A stretch of DNA of 64,000 bases from an uncultured delta proteobacterium (GCA_963760605.1 CAVXFA010000062.1:6174-70173); one strand, 5' to 3'. Positions 34,310 to 44,117 are shown, numbered from the stretch's first letter. Notes: generated by a model from the sequence alone, not told the origin. Translations and numbers: made by a program.

Positions 34310-34337
34310 TTCCAGATGAAGCCTCGTAAATGATCCC

Positions 34338-34398
34338 TAATGTTGCATAAATATTTGCAAGGTGCATGTTCGTCATTCCCGCAAAAGCGGGAATCCAG
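34338..34398. repeat. IR plus hairpin element, copy X (TTGCATAAATATTTGCAAGG ... TCATTCCCGCaaaaGCGGGAATCCAGG)
   Basis: Shares ~60 bp of similarity with 41991-42072. Both copies sit immediately after the stop of a transporter gene. Confidence 0.6.
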
Positions 34399-34627
34399 GC
34401 CCTTCTCAAGACACTGGATGCCTGCCTGCGCGGGCATGACGGAATGTGACTTCCAGTGGAAGATAGGAAAACTCGGGAAATCTTATTTGAAGCCTTTTAG
34501 CAAAAGGGTTTCGCAAAGATTGTTGTCAGTTTTTTGCAACGTTAGGGTGATATGAAGAGAAAGGGGGGCAAGCCTGACGGTCAGTTACAGGGCCAAAGAT
34601 CCAGAGCAGCAAGAAAAGATCGAAGAA

Positions 34628-34873
34628 TTGGCAGGGATTCGGGAGGCCTACCGGCATCAGAGGCGGATCTGGCTGTGGATGATGGGGCTTTCCCTGTTGA
34701 GCTCCGCCATGCTTTTCCGCCGATCCAGCACCTTGGCTATGATCTTTGCCATGCTTTGCCTGGCGCTGGGTCTTTTTCTGGTCTGGAAATACCTGAAATC
34801 CACCCGGGTGATCCACACGATCGATAAAGGCCTTTCCCCCCATCGGGTGGAAGAAAGAAAGGCTCAGAAATAG
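34628..34873 (+). CDS. small hypothetical membrane protein
   Basis: 81 aa with two hydrophobic segments, just upstream of the MFS gene. Weak call. Confidence 0.3.
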   Translation: MAGIREAYRHQRRIWLWMMGLSLLSSAMLFRRSSTLAMIFAMLCLALGLFLVWKYLKSTRVIHTIDKGLSPHRVEERKAQK

Positions 34874-34933
34874 GTCAGAAGAGGGCTTTATGCTGTACTC
34901 GGTAAGAGCGCCACGGAAAGGAGGAATCTTCCA

Positions 34934-36232
34934 ATGACCGCCGAGAGTTCCCGCACAACGCCAGACCCCAGCGCTCCCCGGCCCACCTATATGCGATACC
35001 GGGTGCTGGGCATGCTCTTTTTGCTTTCGATCATTACCTATCTGGACCGTGTCTGTATCGGTGCGGCTGCCCCTCTGATGCGGCGTGACTTGGGCTTGAC
35101 CCCCCTGCAGATGGGGGCAGTCTTCAGCGCTTTCTCTCTGGCCTACGGGATTTTTGAAATCCCCGGCGGATGGCTCGGCGACCGTTTTGGCCCTCGCAGT
35201 ATGCTCATGCGGGTCGTAGTCTGGTGGTCCGCCTTCACCATGCTCACCGGACGGGTCACCAGCTTCTGGAGCCTCTGGATCACCCGGTTCCTTTTCGGTG
35301 CCGGCGAGGCCGGGGCGTATCCGAACAGCTCCTGTGCCATCGCCCAATGGTTTCCGTTCGCAGAGCGGGCCCGGGCTCAAGGCGGTGTCTGGATGGCGAG
35401 CCGGTTGGGCGGTGCCATCGCCCCACTCCTTGTCGTCCCGTTGCAGGCGCAGCTCGGCTGGCGCAACGTGTTTTACATCTTCGGCGCGATCGGAGTGGTT
35501 TGGGCAGCCGGATGGTATTTATGGTTCCGCGATCGTCCGGAGCAGAAACGTGGGGTCAACGCCCTCGAGATTCAATTCATTCGCGAAGGCGCGGCTCCTC
35601 CTCCAGCGCATACCACCACCCCCTGGAGAGTCCTGGTAACCAGCGGGAATTTGTGGGCCGTAATTCTCATGTACTTCACCTATGGCTACGGGGTGAATTT
35701 TTACTTCTTCTGGTTGCCCTCCTACCTGGTGGAAGTTCGAGGCATCGAGAATTTCGCCCCCTATGCTGCATTGCCGTTTCTGCTGGGGGCTTTCGCGAAC
35801 GCCTTCGGAGGTTGGACCAGCGACGCGCTCGTTCGCCGGATCGGCCTGAAGTGGGGCCGCCGGACGGTTGGCCTGGTTGGCCAAGGGAGCAGCGTGCTTT
35901 TCGTCCTGCTCTCCTTCGCCTCCTGGAATCCGGTGTATGCCGTCATTTCACTCGCCATGGGGTTCGCCGCTGCCGACTTCATGCTGCCGAATTGCTGGGC
36001 GGTCTGTCTGGATATCGGCAAACGCCATTCCGGCACGGTAACTGGGTTCATGAACACCGCCGCCCAGATCGGTGGAGCGATTGCCCTCACCGTGATTGGC
36101 TATTTCGCGGGACGCAAACAGTGGAACATTGCGATCCTGACGATGGCCGTAGGACTCATGATCAGTGCATTGCTCTATTTGGTGATTGACGCGAGCAAAC
36201 CCCTCGTTAGGGAAGAGGGCAGTCCAGAGTAG
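34934..36232 (+). CDS. MFS transporter (anion:cation symporter-like)
   Basis: 12-TM-like sequence. Motif LDRVCIGAAAPLMRRDLGL...G.LGDRFGPR. Confidence 0.75.
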   Translation: MTAESSRTTPDPSAPRPTYMRYRVLGMLFLLSIITYLDRVCIGAAAPLMRRDLGLTPLQMGAVFSAFSLAYGIFEIPGGWLGDRFGPRSMLMRVVVWWSAFTMLTGRVTSFWSLWITRFLFGAGEAGAYPNSSCAIAQWFPFAERARAQGGVWMASRLGGAIAPLLVVPLQAQLGWRNVFYIFGAIGVVWAAGWYLWFRDRPEQKRGVNALEIQFIREGAAPPPAHTTTPWRVLVTSGNLWAVILMYFTYGYGVNFYFFWLPSYLVEVRGIENFAPYAALPFLLGAFANAFGGWTSDALVRRIGLKWGRRTVGLVGQGSSVLFVLLSFASWNPVYAVISLAMGFAAADFMLPNCWAVCLDIGKRHSGTVTGFMNTAAQIGGAIALTVIGYFAGRKQWNIAILTMAVGLMISALLYLVIDASKPLVREEGSPE

Positions 36233-36410
36233 CTTCCCTCAGAGGGGAAACCGTCCCCTTCCGGAACGACCTTATGGAAAATTAGGCAAGACTGATCCAG
36301 AAGATCTTCGCGTTCGATCTCCTGCCCTGTCCCGGATGGCCAAAGCAGAGGAGGCTAGTAAGCTTCATCTGAGGACCCTCAGCTTATTAGAAAGACCCTA
36401 GCCCCCACAA

Positions 36411-36490
36411 GATTTTGATCGATTTTTCGATTGACATGCAACTGACTTGTGTCCTATACTCCTTCGGTCATGAAGCATTTGTTTACGGTC
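36411..36490 (+). promoter_or_regulatory. promoter-leader cassette, copy 2
   Basis: TTGACA at 36431-36436, CTGACT at 36442-36447, TATACT at 36455-36460, then CCTTCGGTCATGAAGCATTTG. Upstream of the permease gene at 36866. Confidence 0.65.
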
Positions 36491-36635
36491 ACAACGCGGG
36501 TTGGGGAGCTGAGGCTGTAGAATGATGCTCCGTTGATTTTCTATATGATGCGGGTCATTCTCGAAAAAGCCCTCGCCGTTCATTATGATAAAACTGCAAT
36601 TGGGAGAAAATAGGGGGGCCAGAAGGTCCCCCTAT

Positions 36636-36786
36636 TTATTAGTCAGTCCATAATTATATAGACGCCGAAGACCAAATCCCTCCTTCCCTCCCTTTACAAA
36701 AGGGAGGAATTTCCCCTCTTTGGAAAAGAGGGGTCAGGGGAGATTTTGGAAGAATATGTCTGGTCAATTATGGACTCCTTAGTAAC
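36636..36786. repeat. MITE-like repeat, copy 2
   Basis: Inverted copy of 16842-16980 with a short internal indel. It sits inside the leader between cassette copy 2 and the permease gene. Confidence 0.7.
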
Positions 36787-36865
36787 TTCTCCTCCAAGAG
36801 ATAGCAGCCAAGGCTGGTGTGATTTATTCGGGGAATCAAGAAGAACGAAGATACCCTGAAGCGGA

Positions 36866-37861
36866 GTGGATTGGGTTATGCATGATATAGACACTCTAAT
36901 TTCCTTTGGACCTCATCGCGTTGCGATGGGAGCCTATCATATGTTCCTCCACTTATGGTATTATCTTATAATCGGGATTTTTATCGGGGTAGCATTTAAT
37001 GTCTTCATGCCGCCGGGAATGCTCAATCGGTTAAAGAAAAATGCTAGCGGAACAAGTGGCATCCTCGTCGCCACCCTTTTAGGAATCGTATCTCCCCTCG
37101 GTTCCTATGCCGCAATTCCTACCCTGGTTGCCTTTTTGAGAATAGGGATTCCTTTGGCTACTGTAATGGCCTTTCTGACCGCTTCGCCATTGATCAACCC
37201 TTACATGTTCACCATTACCTTTCAGATCCTTGGGCCCAAGATGGCATTTGCCCGGCTCTTATCGGCGATCTTTATAGGCGTTCTAACGGGCTTGGCCTTC
37301 AGGTATTTAGCGCATTTTCGGCCCTTTCAAAATGGCTCCGCAGCCATAGCAGTCCCGAGTTTTGCCAAAGAAATCACGCTATCTAAAGAAACTGAGCCAC
37401 GGGGCAGCTCTACCGCCTTGGGGACTAGAAGCGAAAAATTCGCGGGGATGGGGAATCCTGACAGGTGGAAGGCTTTCTTTAGGGAATGCTTTAAGATGAC
37501 TGGCTATGCGGGGAAATGGTTCGTAATGTCCATTATCCTGGCCGCAGTGATTGACGTTTACGTTCCAGCCGATTGGATCGTCAAATCCTTAGGGGGCCAC
37601 ACTTACTCTCTTCTGCTGGCTGCAGGCATGGCGATTCCCTTATATGTTTGCGGCGGGGGTGCTGTTCCTTTCATCTGGGAACTCATGCGGTCAGGGATGG
37701 ATCAGGGGGCAGCCTTGACTTTCTTCATTGCCGGGCCCGTGACCCGAGTCGCTCCGATGCTAACCGTGATCTCCTTATTAGGGTACCCCTCGTTTATCGG
37801 CTATTTCTCGATTTCGATGTCCGCTGCACTGATTCTGGGATTCCTCTACCATTTTGTTTGA
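36866..37861 (+). CDS. putative permease (COG0701 / ArsP-like family)
   Basis: 331 aa polytopic protein with the typical two-repeat permease architecture and a hydrophilic central loop. Confidence 0.55.
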   Translation: MDWVMHDIDTLISFGPHRVAMGAYHMFLHLWYYLIIGIFIGVAFNVFMPPGMLNRLKKNASGTSGILVATLLGIVSPLGSYAAIPTLVAFLRIGIPLATVMAFLTASPLINPYMFTITFQILGPKMAFARLLSAIFIGVLTGLAFRYLAHFRPFQNGSAAIAVPSFAKEITLSKETEPRGSSTALGTRSEKFAGMGNPDRWKAFFRECFKMTGYAGKWFVMSIILAAVIDVYVPADWIVKSLGGHTYSLLLAAGMAIPLYVCGGGAVPFIWELMRSGMDQGAALTFFIAGPVTRVAPMLTVISLLGYPSFIGYFSISMSAALILGFLYHFV

Positions 37862-37986
37862 AATGAGGGCGATTGGCAATTTTGGGAAGGAAGGATTTAC
37901 GATAGAAACATTACGATAGAAACATCTTGACCTGGATCAGCCGGTGATATAAACTAAATGCCACTTTTTTCGTTAGAAAATACTCT

Positions 37987-38034
37987 AAATCCCCCCACCC
38001 CCCCCTTTACTAAAGGGGGGCAGGGGGGGATTTT
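37987..38034. repeat. palindromic G6/C6 element, copy B
   Basis: AAATCCCCCCACCCCCCCCTTTACTAAAGGGGGGCAGGGGGGGATTTT, upstream of the small exported protein gene. Confidence 0.8.
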
Positions 38035-38124
38035 CATGGTTCGCGGGTGGCCAAACGGCCATGGGTAGTTTTGCCGAAATGCTCGGGGCTGATGGCTCTT
38101 TCTGCTTTTGAGGGGAGAAGTCGC

Positions 38125-38529
38125 ATGATATCGAAAAATATGTGGCTGAGAGCCTCCTTCCTGGCAGTTGCCTTGTTCATGCTCCTTCCGGCGAGTGGTT
38201 CCTCCCAGCCCCAGATCGCGGTATCCGATTTCACGGTCCTGGACTGGTTCAAAGCGGTCAAACTAACCTGGCAGGCCTCAGCCTCGGAAGGGGGAGAGGG
38301 GATCTTCGAGATTTACCGCAGCGACAAGAAGAACGGTCCTTATACGCTGGTACAAGAGGTTCAACTCGGGGATAAGCAATTCATCGATGTCATCACTAAG
38401 ACCTATTCGTTCTTGGACAAGAGGCTGGAGCCCGGCCATAGTTATTACTATAAACTCGCCTTGAGGGGGACGGATCAGACCTTTGGCCCCTTCCGAGGTC
38501 TCGCCTCCGGGGCCCCCCCTGGAACTTGA
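38125..38529 (+). CDS. small exported FN3-like protein, paralog 1
   Basis: Signal peptide MISKNMWLRASFLAVALFMLLPASG. The mature part (FKAVKLTWQA...YRSDKKNGPY...HSYYYKLALRG) aligns along its full length with the ORF at 47920. Confidence 0.6.
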   Translation: MISKNMWLRASFLAVALFMLLPASGSSQPQIAVSDFTVLDWFKAVKLTWQASASEGGEGIFEIYRSDKKNGPYTLVQEVQLGDKQFIDVITKTYSFLDKRLEPGHSYYYKLALRGTDQTFGPFRGLASGAPPGT

Positions 38530-38712
38530 TGTGCGGGATACGAAACTTCACCGGGGGGGATATCCGGTAACGACCGCAGTCTCTCAGGGAGAAAGGGGGT
38601 GATGGGGAAGAAACCTTCCAGGTAGTGGACTCGAACCATGTAGTTGATTCGAGGTGTATGGTTTTTCTTTGACAACGCGGAGAACGATATTCAGAAAGGG
38701 GGAAGAACGATC

Positions 38713-39840
38713 ATGAGAAAGGCGATTTTCCTGGCAGGATTGTTTTTGTTGGTGGGGGCGACCCTCGCCTTTGCGGGGCCTACTGTCTCCATCGTGAAGT
38801 CGGATAATCACGAGCTTTCCGGGGAGCAATGGAACTTCAGCATGTACGATTTCAGCAAGCGATGGGAGACCACCTGGACCCCCGAGAGCGAGGCATACAT
38901 TGAGAAGATGGTGCGTCAAGCCGTGGACCTGGCAGGCGGCCTGCCGGTGAAGAGGGGAGACAATGTCATCATCAAGGTGAACCTGGTGCAGGATGCCTGG
39001 TATGTCCTTTCCATGGAGCTGACCAAGAACGATATCGACCCGATAAAATATCCGGTTCCCGATCAAAAATACATCAACCACCTGATGCAATCGATCCTCA
39101 CGGATGCCCGGGTGGCCAAGGCCGTATGCAAGATCGCCCAGGAAAAAGGTGCCGGCAGTGTCTCCATTATCGAGGGACCCAATGCCGGACTAACGGCCGC
39201 GTACTACCTGGTCTACGGGTATAAGAGTTGGGCAGACAAGATGGGCGTTAAGCTGCTCGATCCGGATGTCAATTGTACCCTCAGCAAGTATTACCCCAAG
39301 ACGAAAACTCAGGCTCTGCCCGAGTATACGCTTCCCGATCAATGGGTAAAGGCCGACGTTCGGATTTCCATCGGCAAGATGAAGACCCATGATAATTCCG
39401 GAATCAGCTTGACCCTCAAGAATGTGGCGGTGGGCATCGTTCCCCGCTCCGTCTATGGGGCGATCAAGCTGGGCCTGCCCCATGGCAACATGCATCATGT
39501 AGTGGCCGATGTGAACTCCATCTGTCCTGCTACCTTCTCTATCGTGGATGGGTTATGGGGCATGGAGGGATGGGGTGCCTTCCACGGGAAGCCCGTCGCC
39601 TCGGACCTCATCATTGCCGGCAAGGATGGAGTGGCGGTGGATGCCGTGGGTGGGATGTGCATGGGCGTCTTGCCCTGGATGATCGGAGGCATCCGGGAGT
39701 GCAACAATGCCGGGATCGGTAGCTACGAAAACATCAGCGTCGTAGGGACCAAGCTGGAAGATGCGATAATCCTTTATATGCCGGTACCCCCGGGCAAGCA
39801 TCCCGACTTAACTGCCTCGGGTGTGCTTGGCTGGCGTTAG
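38713..39840 (+). CDS. exported DUF362-domain protein, paralog 1
   Basis: RBS plus ATG (MRKAIFLAGLFLL). AVDLAGGLPVKRGDNVIIKVNL is the DUF362 core. 376 aa. Confidence 0.6.
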   Translation: MRKAIFLAGLFLLVGATLAFAGPTVSIVKSDNHELSGEQWNFSMYDFSKRWETTWTPESEAYIEKMVRQAVDLAGGLPVKRGDNVIIKVNLVQDAWYVLSMELTKNDIDPIKYPVPDQKYINHLMQSILTDARVAKAVCKIAQEKGAGSVSIIEGPNAGLTAAYYLVYGYKSWADKMGVKLLDPDVNCTLSKYYPKTKTQALPEYTLPDQWVKADVRISIGKMKTHDNSGISLTLKNVAVGIVPRSVYGAIKLGLPHGNMHHVVADVNSICPATFSIVDGLWGMEGWGAFHGKPVASDLIIAGKDGVAVDAVGGMCMGVLPWMIGGIRECNNAGIGSYENISVVGTKLEDAIILYMPVPPGKHPDLTASGVLGWR

Positions 39841-40049
39841 GCCGAGCCCGAAGGGTTTGACACTCCGTAAGAAAGGCAAAGAGGGGGGCGGCAAACAATG
39901 CAGCTCCCCTTTCTTTTTTCCCCTAAGCCGAAGGATTGAAGAGCCGGGCTCTATGTAATGCCGCTTGACGTAAACCAAAACTTGTGACTAAAATTAAAAA
40001 AATTTGTGCCTCCATGGGGTGTAGGCAGAATATAATTGTATTCATGATG

Positions 40050-40738
40050 TTATGATCATCAAATTAGATCATCTTGAAGTTATATTCGATAGTGGCCGGG
40101 AGACTCTGAAAGTCCTGGACATTCCTCATTGGCAGGTTGAGGAAGGGGATCAGGTAGCTATCTTTGGCCCCTAGGGTTCGGGCAAGTCCACGTTTCTCCA
40201 TGTTCTGGCCGGACTTCTTCCTGTATCGAAAGGGACGCTGAGCGTGTGCGGGCACTCTCTGGAGGGGATATCAGAGGCGGCCAGGGATCGTTTCCGGGCG
40301 AAGTATATTGGATATATATACCAGAATTTCAATTTGTTGCAAGGATATACGGCCCTGGAAAATGTCTTGATAGGGGTGACCTTCTCGGGGCGAAGGGGTG
40401 ATTTTAGGGAGGCCGAAGACCTGTTGGCCGAGGTTGGGCTTTCCCATCGATTGAAATATTATCCCTCCCAGATGTCCTTCGGTGAGCAGCAAAGGGTCGC
40501 TGTGGCCAGGGCCTTAGCGAATCGGCCTAAGCTTCTCTTAGCTGACGAGCCGACCGCTTCGTTACATCCGGTCAATAAGGAGGATGTCCTCAGGCTGTTG
40601 CGGGATATCTGCACAAGATACGGCTGCACCCTTGTGCTGGTCACTCACGAAAAGGAGGTCATCTCCTTGTTCGAAAAGACCATCCCTTTCCTGGAGTTTA
40701 ACCGGGTTTATCCGAACCATGAGGTGAGCCGGCCGTGA
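40050..40738 (+). CDS. MacB/LolD-type ABC transporter ATP-binding protein with an in-frame TAG inside Walker A
   Basis: Own translation from the ATG at 40050: MIIKLDHLEVIFDSGRETLKVLDIPHWQVEEGDQVAIFGP*GSGKSTFLHVLAG... The TAG is at 40131-40133. The paralogous fragment at ~43.85 kb has TCG at this position. The downstream part matches track ORF 40244..40738 (signature LSGGEQQR-like, Walker B LLLADEPT). Confidence 0.7.
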
Positions 40739-40752
40739 GTTTTTGGAGGATT

Positions 40753-41986
40753 ATGCTAAGGAGCTTGAGAGCAGCATCGCTTTTCCAGCGGTTTGGCTGT
40801 GATCAGCATTGCCCTGGGGATCGCCCTATTGGTCGCGGTTTACTCACTGAGGGAACAGTCTCATAATACCTTTACTCAGGTGGGGCTTGGGGTAGATGCG
40901 GTACTGGGCCCCCGAGGGTCACCGCTGCAGATCATCCTGAACTCCCTTTATCATCTGGAAGAAATGCCGGGCAAGATCAAATGGACCTATTTCAAGGAAG
41001 TGGAAAAGGACCCTCTCGTTGTCCAAGCAATTCCTTTTGTAGTAGGCCATTCCTATCGGGGTTTCAGAGTCAATGCGATTGACCGAAGGTTTCTGACGGA
41101 CTTTGAATATCTCCCTGGAAAACGGTTCTCCTTTTCTGAGAAAGAAGGGGGGCAGGGGCGTCCTTTCGGGGCACCTAACGAGGCGGTTGCCGGGTGGGTG
41201 GCCGCCAAGAGCTTGAAGCTAAGGCTTGGAGATGAGTTCAGTCCAGTTTGTGGGGTTCAGGAGGGCGGGCTGGTGCATGAGGAGGACAGGCTTTCCTTTG
41301 TGGGGATTTTAGCTCCGACCGGAACGCCGCATGATCGGGCGATTTATATCCCATTGGAAACCTTCTATGGGCTGGCAGGGCATCCACAGGAGACGAAGAT
41401 CATGGCGCAAGCGGAGGAACACCGGGAGATCAGTGGAGCCTACATCAAGATTAGGCGCATCCGTGGAGGCGCCTTGCATCCCGGCATCCAGGGTCTAAAG
41501 TTCGCGATCAACCAGTCGGACCGTAACCAGCTGGTCATTCCCAATGAAGTGATTCCTCGACTCTTTAACATCGTTGGCTGGGTGGATCGGGTGCTTATTG
41601 CCATAGCGGCTATTCTGACGGCGCTTTCGGCGCTATTCCTGTTCTTTTCTTTGCTCTCTGCTTTGAGGGAGAGAAGGCGGGATTTGGCTTTGTTTCGGGC
41701 GCTGGGGGCGACTCGGAAGACGGTTATGGGTCTGGTCATATTTGAGGCCCTGATCATCAGCCTTTTGGGCGGGATCTTGGGTCTGCTACTGGGTCACGGG
41801 TTGATCAGCATTGGCGCCCATTTTATTAAGGTAGAGACAGGGGTTAATTTCTCGGGGAGTTACCTGAGTCTGGCTGATTGGCTGGCGGTTCCGGGCACAG
41901 TCCTTTTGGGTTTAATGGCTGGTCTATTGCCTGGGATTCAGGCTTATCGCCTGGGAGTTCTGAAGAGCCTTTCACCCATATCTTAA
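40753..41986 (+). CDS. FtsX-like ABC transporter permease (MacB/LolC family) with a frameshift at its 5' end
   Basis: MLRSLRAASLFQRF (frame of the ATG at 40753) fits the N-terminal cytoplasmic segment. TM1 onward (LAVISIALGIALLVA...) is in frame +1 from ~40793. The C-terminal FtsX domain is intact. Confidence 0.65.
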
Positions 41987-41990
41987 CCGA

Positions 41991-42072
41991 AACGTTGCAT
42001 GAATATTCGCAAGGAGAAGATTTGTCATTCCCGCGAAGCTTGTCCCCGCGAAAGCGGGGAGCGGGAATCCAG
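41991..42072. repeat. IR plus hairpin element, copy Y
   Basis: AACGTTGCATGAATATTCGCAAGG..TGTCATTCCCGCGAAGCTTGTCCCCGCGAAAGCGGGGAGCGGGAATCCAG, with nested hairpins. It parallels 34338-34398. Confidence 0.6.
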
Positions 42073-42126
42073 TAAGGATCCAAAGCCCTACTAACAGATG
42101 GCCCAGAAAGGATTTAGGAAGAAGGT

Positions 42127-42702
42127 ATGAAAGTCAAAGCTTATTTCGTTGCGATTCTCGGTTTAGTTTTTTTCTTTCTGAGCCTGGGTATTTGGAATAT
42201 CTCTGAGGCGCAAAAGAAACCCGACAAGAAAGAAGGGAAAGGGGATGGGGTGCGGGTGATTGAAGAGACAGGTCCATTGGGACATAAGACCATCGGGATC
42301 GATGAAAGCTCAATCGTCCAGGATCCCAGCAAAGAGCTTTTACTTACCTATTCCGCCCTCATGACCTGGCAATATGATACAAAAAGCAATCCGCCCCCTC
42401 CTGGGGGGATAAAAAAATTAGACGGCCGGAAGGTCCGCATTACCGGGTTCATGTTTCCCCTGCAAGAAGGCACATCCATTCAGAACTTCTGCCTCTTGCG
42501 CACCACCCAGACCTGTTGCTATGGACCGCGCCCACAATACAACCAGTATATCTTCGTGGAGATGGCCAAGCCTACGGCTTTTCACCGTCTTGATCCTGTC
42601 ACCTGCGTGGGAAAGCTGAAAGTGGAACCCACTCCCGAGGAGGGGTTTATCTACCGCATGGAGGGTGAAATATGCGAATCCGTTTCCGCAAAAGAGAAGT
42701 AA
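42127..42702 (+). CDS. DUF3299-domain exported protein, accessory component of the MacB-type ABC module
   Basis: Signal peptide plus the conserved LLRTTQTCCYGPRP region. Confidence 0.55.
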   Translation: MKVKAYFVAILGLVFFFLSLGIWNISEAQKKPDKKEGKGDGVRVIEETGPLGHKTIGIDESSIVQDPSKELLLTYSALMTWQYDTKSNPPPPGGIKKLDGRKVRITGFMFPLQEGTSIQNFCLLRTTQTCCYGPRPQYNQYIFVEMAKPTAFHRLDPVTCVGKLKVEPTPEEGFIYRMEGEICESVSAKEK

Positions 42703-43033
42703 TAGCCATTGCGACAGGGACAATTATTGGGCTGCTTTTTCCGTAATCTGAAATCCGCAATCATAAATGGGCTGCCCCGGGCAGGGGAGATCCAGCCTTT
42801 GGCGGGGCAAAATCGGCCACGAATACCCTTTTCCTAAACTGCAGGCTCCATCCCAAAATAGGATAGCCGGGACAGAAAAATATTCGAATTAACCTCCTTG
42901 GCCCCCTCATCTTTTGAAAACCGCCATTTTGATAGGCTACTGTTGCAAAAATTACGTGGTAGTTTAAGAGGCGACAAGACTAAACTAAAAAGCTAGAGTG
43001 CGACTTCGGATTTAAGGCTCCCGGATCCTTTCC

Positions 43034-43945
43034 TCAATCTTTGAAATAACCTGCTGAGCTTTGGTTCTCAGTACAAAATAATCCAGCTCGTTGTCCTGAT
43101 TCTTTGATCCAGAGATCTCCTCTTCTTTGCCTTGCCATTCGACGAGCTTCAATCGGAGGAAGGGCAAAGGTCTGGCTATTTCCCCCCATTGCCAATACAT
43201 CCAATGTTACCATCATCAGCTGATGATCCTCACTTCTGCTGATAATTCCCGATAATCGCTCGGTCAATCGGGGATCACCGAGGGCATTCAGGATATAAGG
43301 GACTTCCATTTTCCTCTGGAGATTGATCTGGTCATACCTTTCCCAAATCCGATCGGCTATGCGAGTTGACCCGAGTTTGGCCAAGCTATGCGCGACGAAC
43401 AAACGGGTCTGAAATTCAGCTGAGCGAACCCCAAATGTGCTAAAGGTAACCCTCTTGACCAATTCGGACAAAATTTCCTCCAGCAAGGGAACCGAGTCGG
43501 TGTCCTTTAATTCGACAACATATCCTGCAGCCCTGATTTGGAGTGGGGGATTATCATTAGACTTCAAGCTTTCCCGGATGGTCGGCAGGGCGGCTCTTCC
43601 CTCTTTTTCATAAAGGATCCTTAGAGCATACAATGCTCGATTTTGATTTTCTTTTGCTAGCTGACCCGCCGCGACGCAAGCAGCACACCCCTCTGCGTTA
43701 CTTCCCCAGGAAAGCGAGAAGAAAAGGACCATAAAAAGAAGCCAGAGAAAGATGTTCTTCTCCAGGGAGTGCTTGCACACGGTGAGCTTTCCCTTCGATA
43801 TGGGAAGAAGGCCGGCTAGGATATGAAGAAAAGTGGACTTGCCCGAACCCGAGGGGCCAAAGAGGACTACCTGATCGCCTTCTTCTGCCTGCCAACGCGC
43901 AATGTCAAGACCCTTCAGAGTCTCCCGGCCACTATCGAATACCAC
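43034..43945 (-). CDS. chimeric ORF: a duplicated N-terminal fragment of the ABC ATPase (~60 aa) fused to an exported helical-repeat protein
   Basis: The N-terminus VFDSGRETLKGLDIARWQAEEGDQVVLFGPSGSGKSTFLHILAGLLPISKGKLTVCKHSLE is ~85% identical at DNA level to 40077-40250. It then runs into a signal-peptide-like stretch NIFLWLLFMVLFFSLSWGSNAEG and ~230 aa of helical repeats. GTG start; no upstream homology beyond the cassette. Confidence 0.5.
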   Translation of the reverse strand: MVFDSGRETLKGLDIARWQAEEGDQVVLFGPSGSGKSTFLHILAGLLPISKGKLTVCKHSLEKNIFLWLLFMVLFFSLSWGSNAEGCAACVAAGQLAKENQNRALYALRILYEKEGRAALPTIRESLKSNDNPPLQIRAAGYVVELKDTDSVPLLEEILSELVKRVTFSTFGVRSAEFQTRLFVAHSLAKLGSTRIADRIWERYDQINLQRKMEVPYILNALGDPRLTERLSGIISRSEDHQLMMVTLDVLAMGGNSQTFALPPIEARRMARQRRGDLWIKESGQRAGLFCTENQSSAGYFKD

Positions 43946-43971
43946 TTCCTGCTTCTTTGAATGGAAATACT

Positions 43972-44050
43972 TAGAAAATCTTTCGTGATTGACATGAAAT
44001 TGAGTTGTGTTCTATACTGCTTGCATAATGAAGCAGGTTCTTATCATTCT
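43972..44050 (+). promoter_or_regulatory. promoter-leader cassette, copy 3
   Basis: TTGACA at 43989-43994, TTGAGT at 44000-44005, TATACT at 44013-44018, then GCTTGCATAATGAAGCAGGTTCTTATCATTC. Upstream of the heme-PD40 gene. It abuts the truncated ATPase fragment on the other strand. Confidence 0.65.
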
Positions 44051-44117
44051 CCTATCTATTGAGACTGCGGTCGCTTAGCATTTTCGCCCAAACCACCTTT
44101 TTCCCTGGAGGTCTGTC

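Noticed and set aside
35170-36189. 339 aa plus-strand ORF overlapping the MFS gene in another frame
   Set aside because: Arg/Pro/Gly-rich frame-shadow of the MFS coding frame.
38590-38650. tRNA-like fragment (CATGGTTCGAGTCCACTACCTGGAAGG on the minus strand)
   Set aside because: It resembles a T-arm plus 3' acceptor strand, but the T-stem does not close and no D or anticodon arm can be built upstream. At most it is a tRNA-remnant scar. It is too weak to call as a feature.
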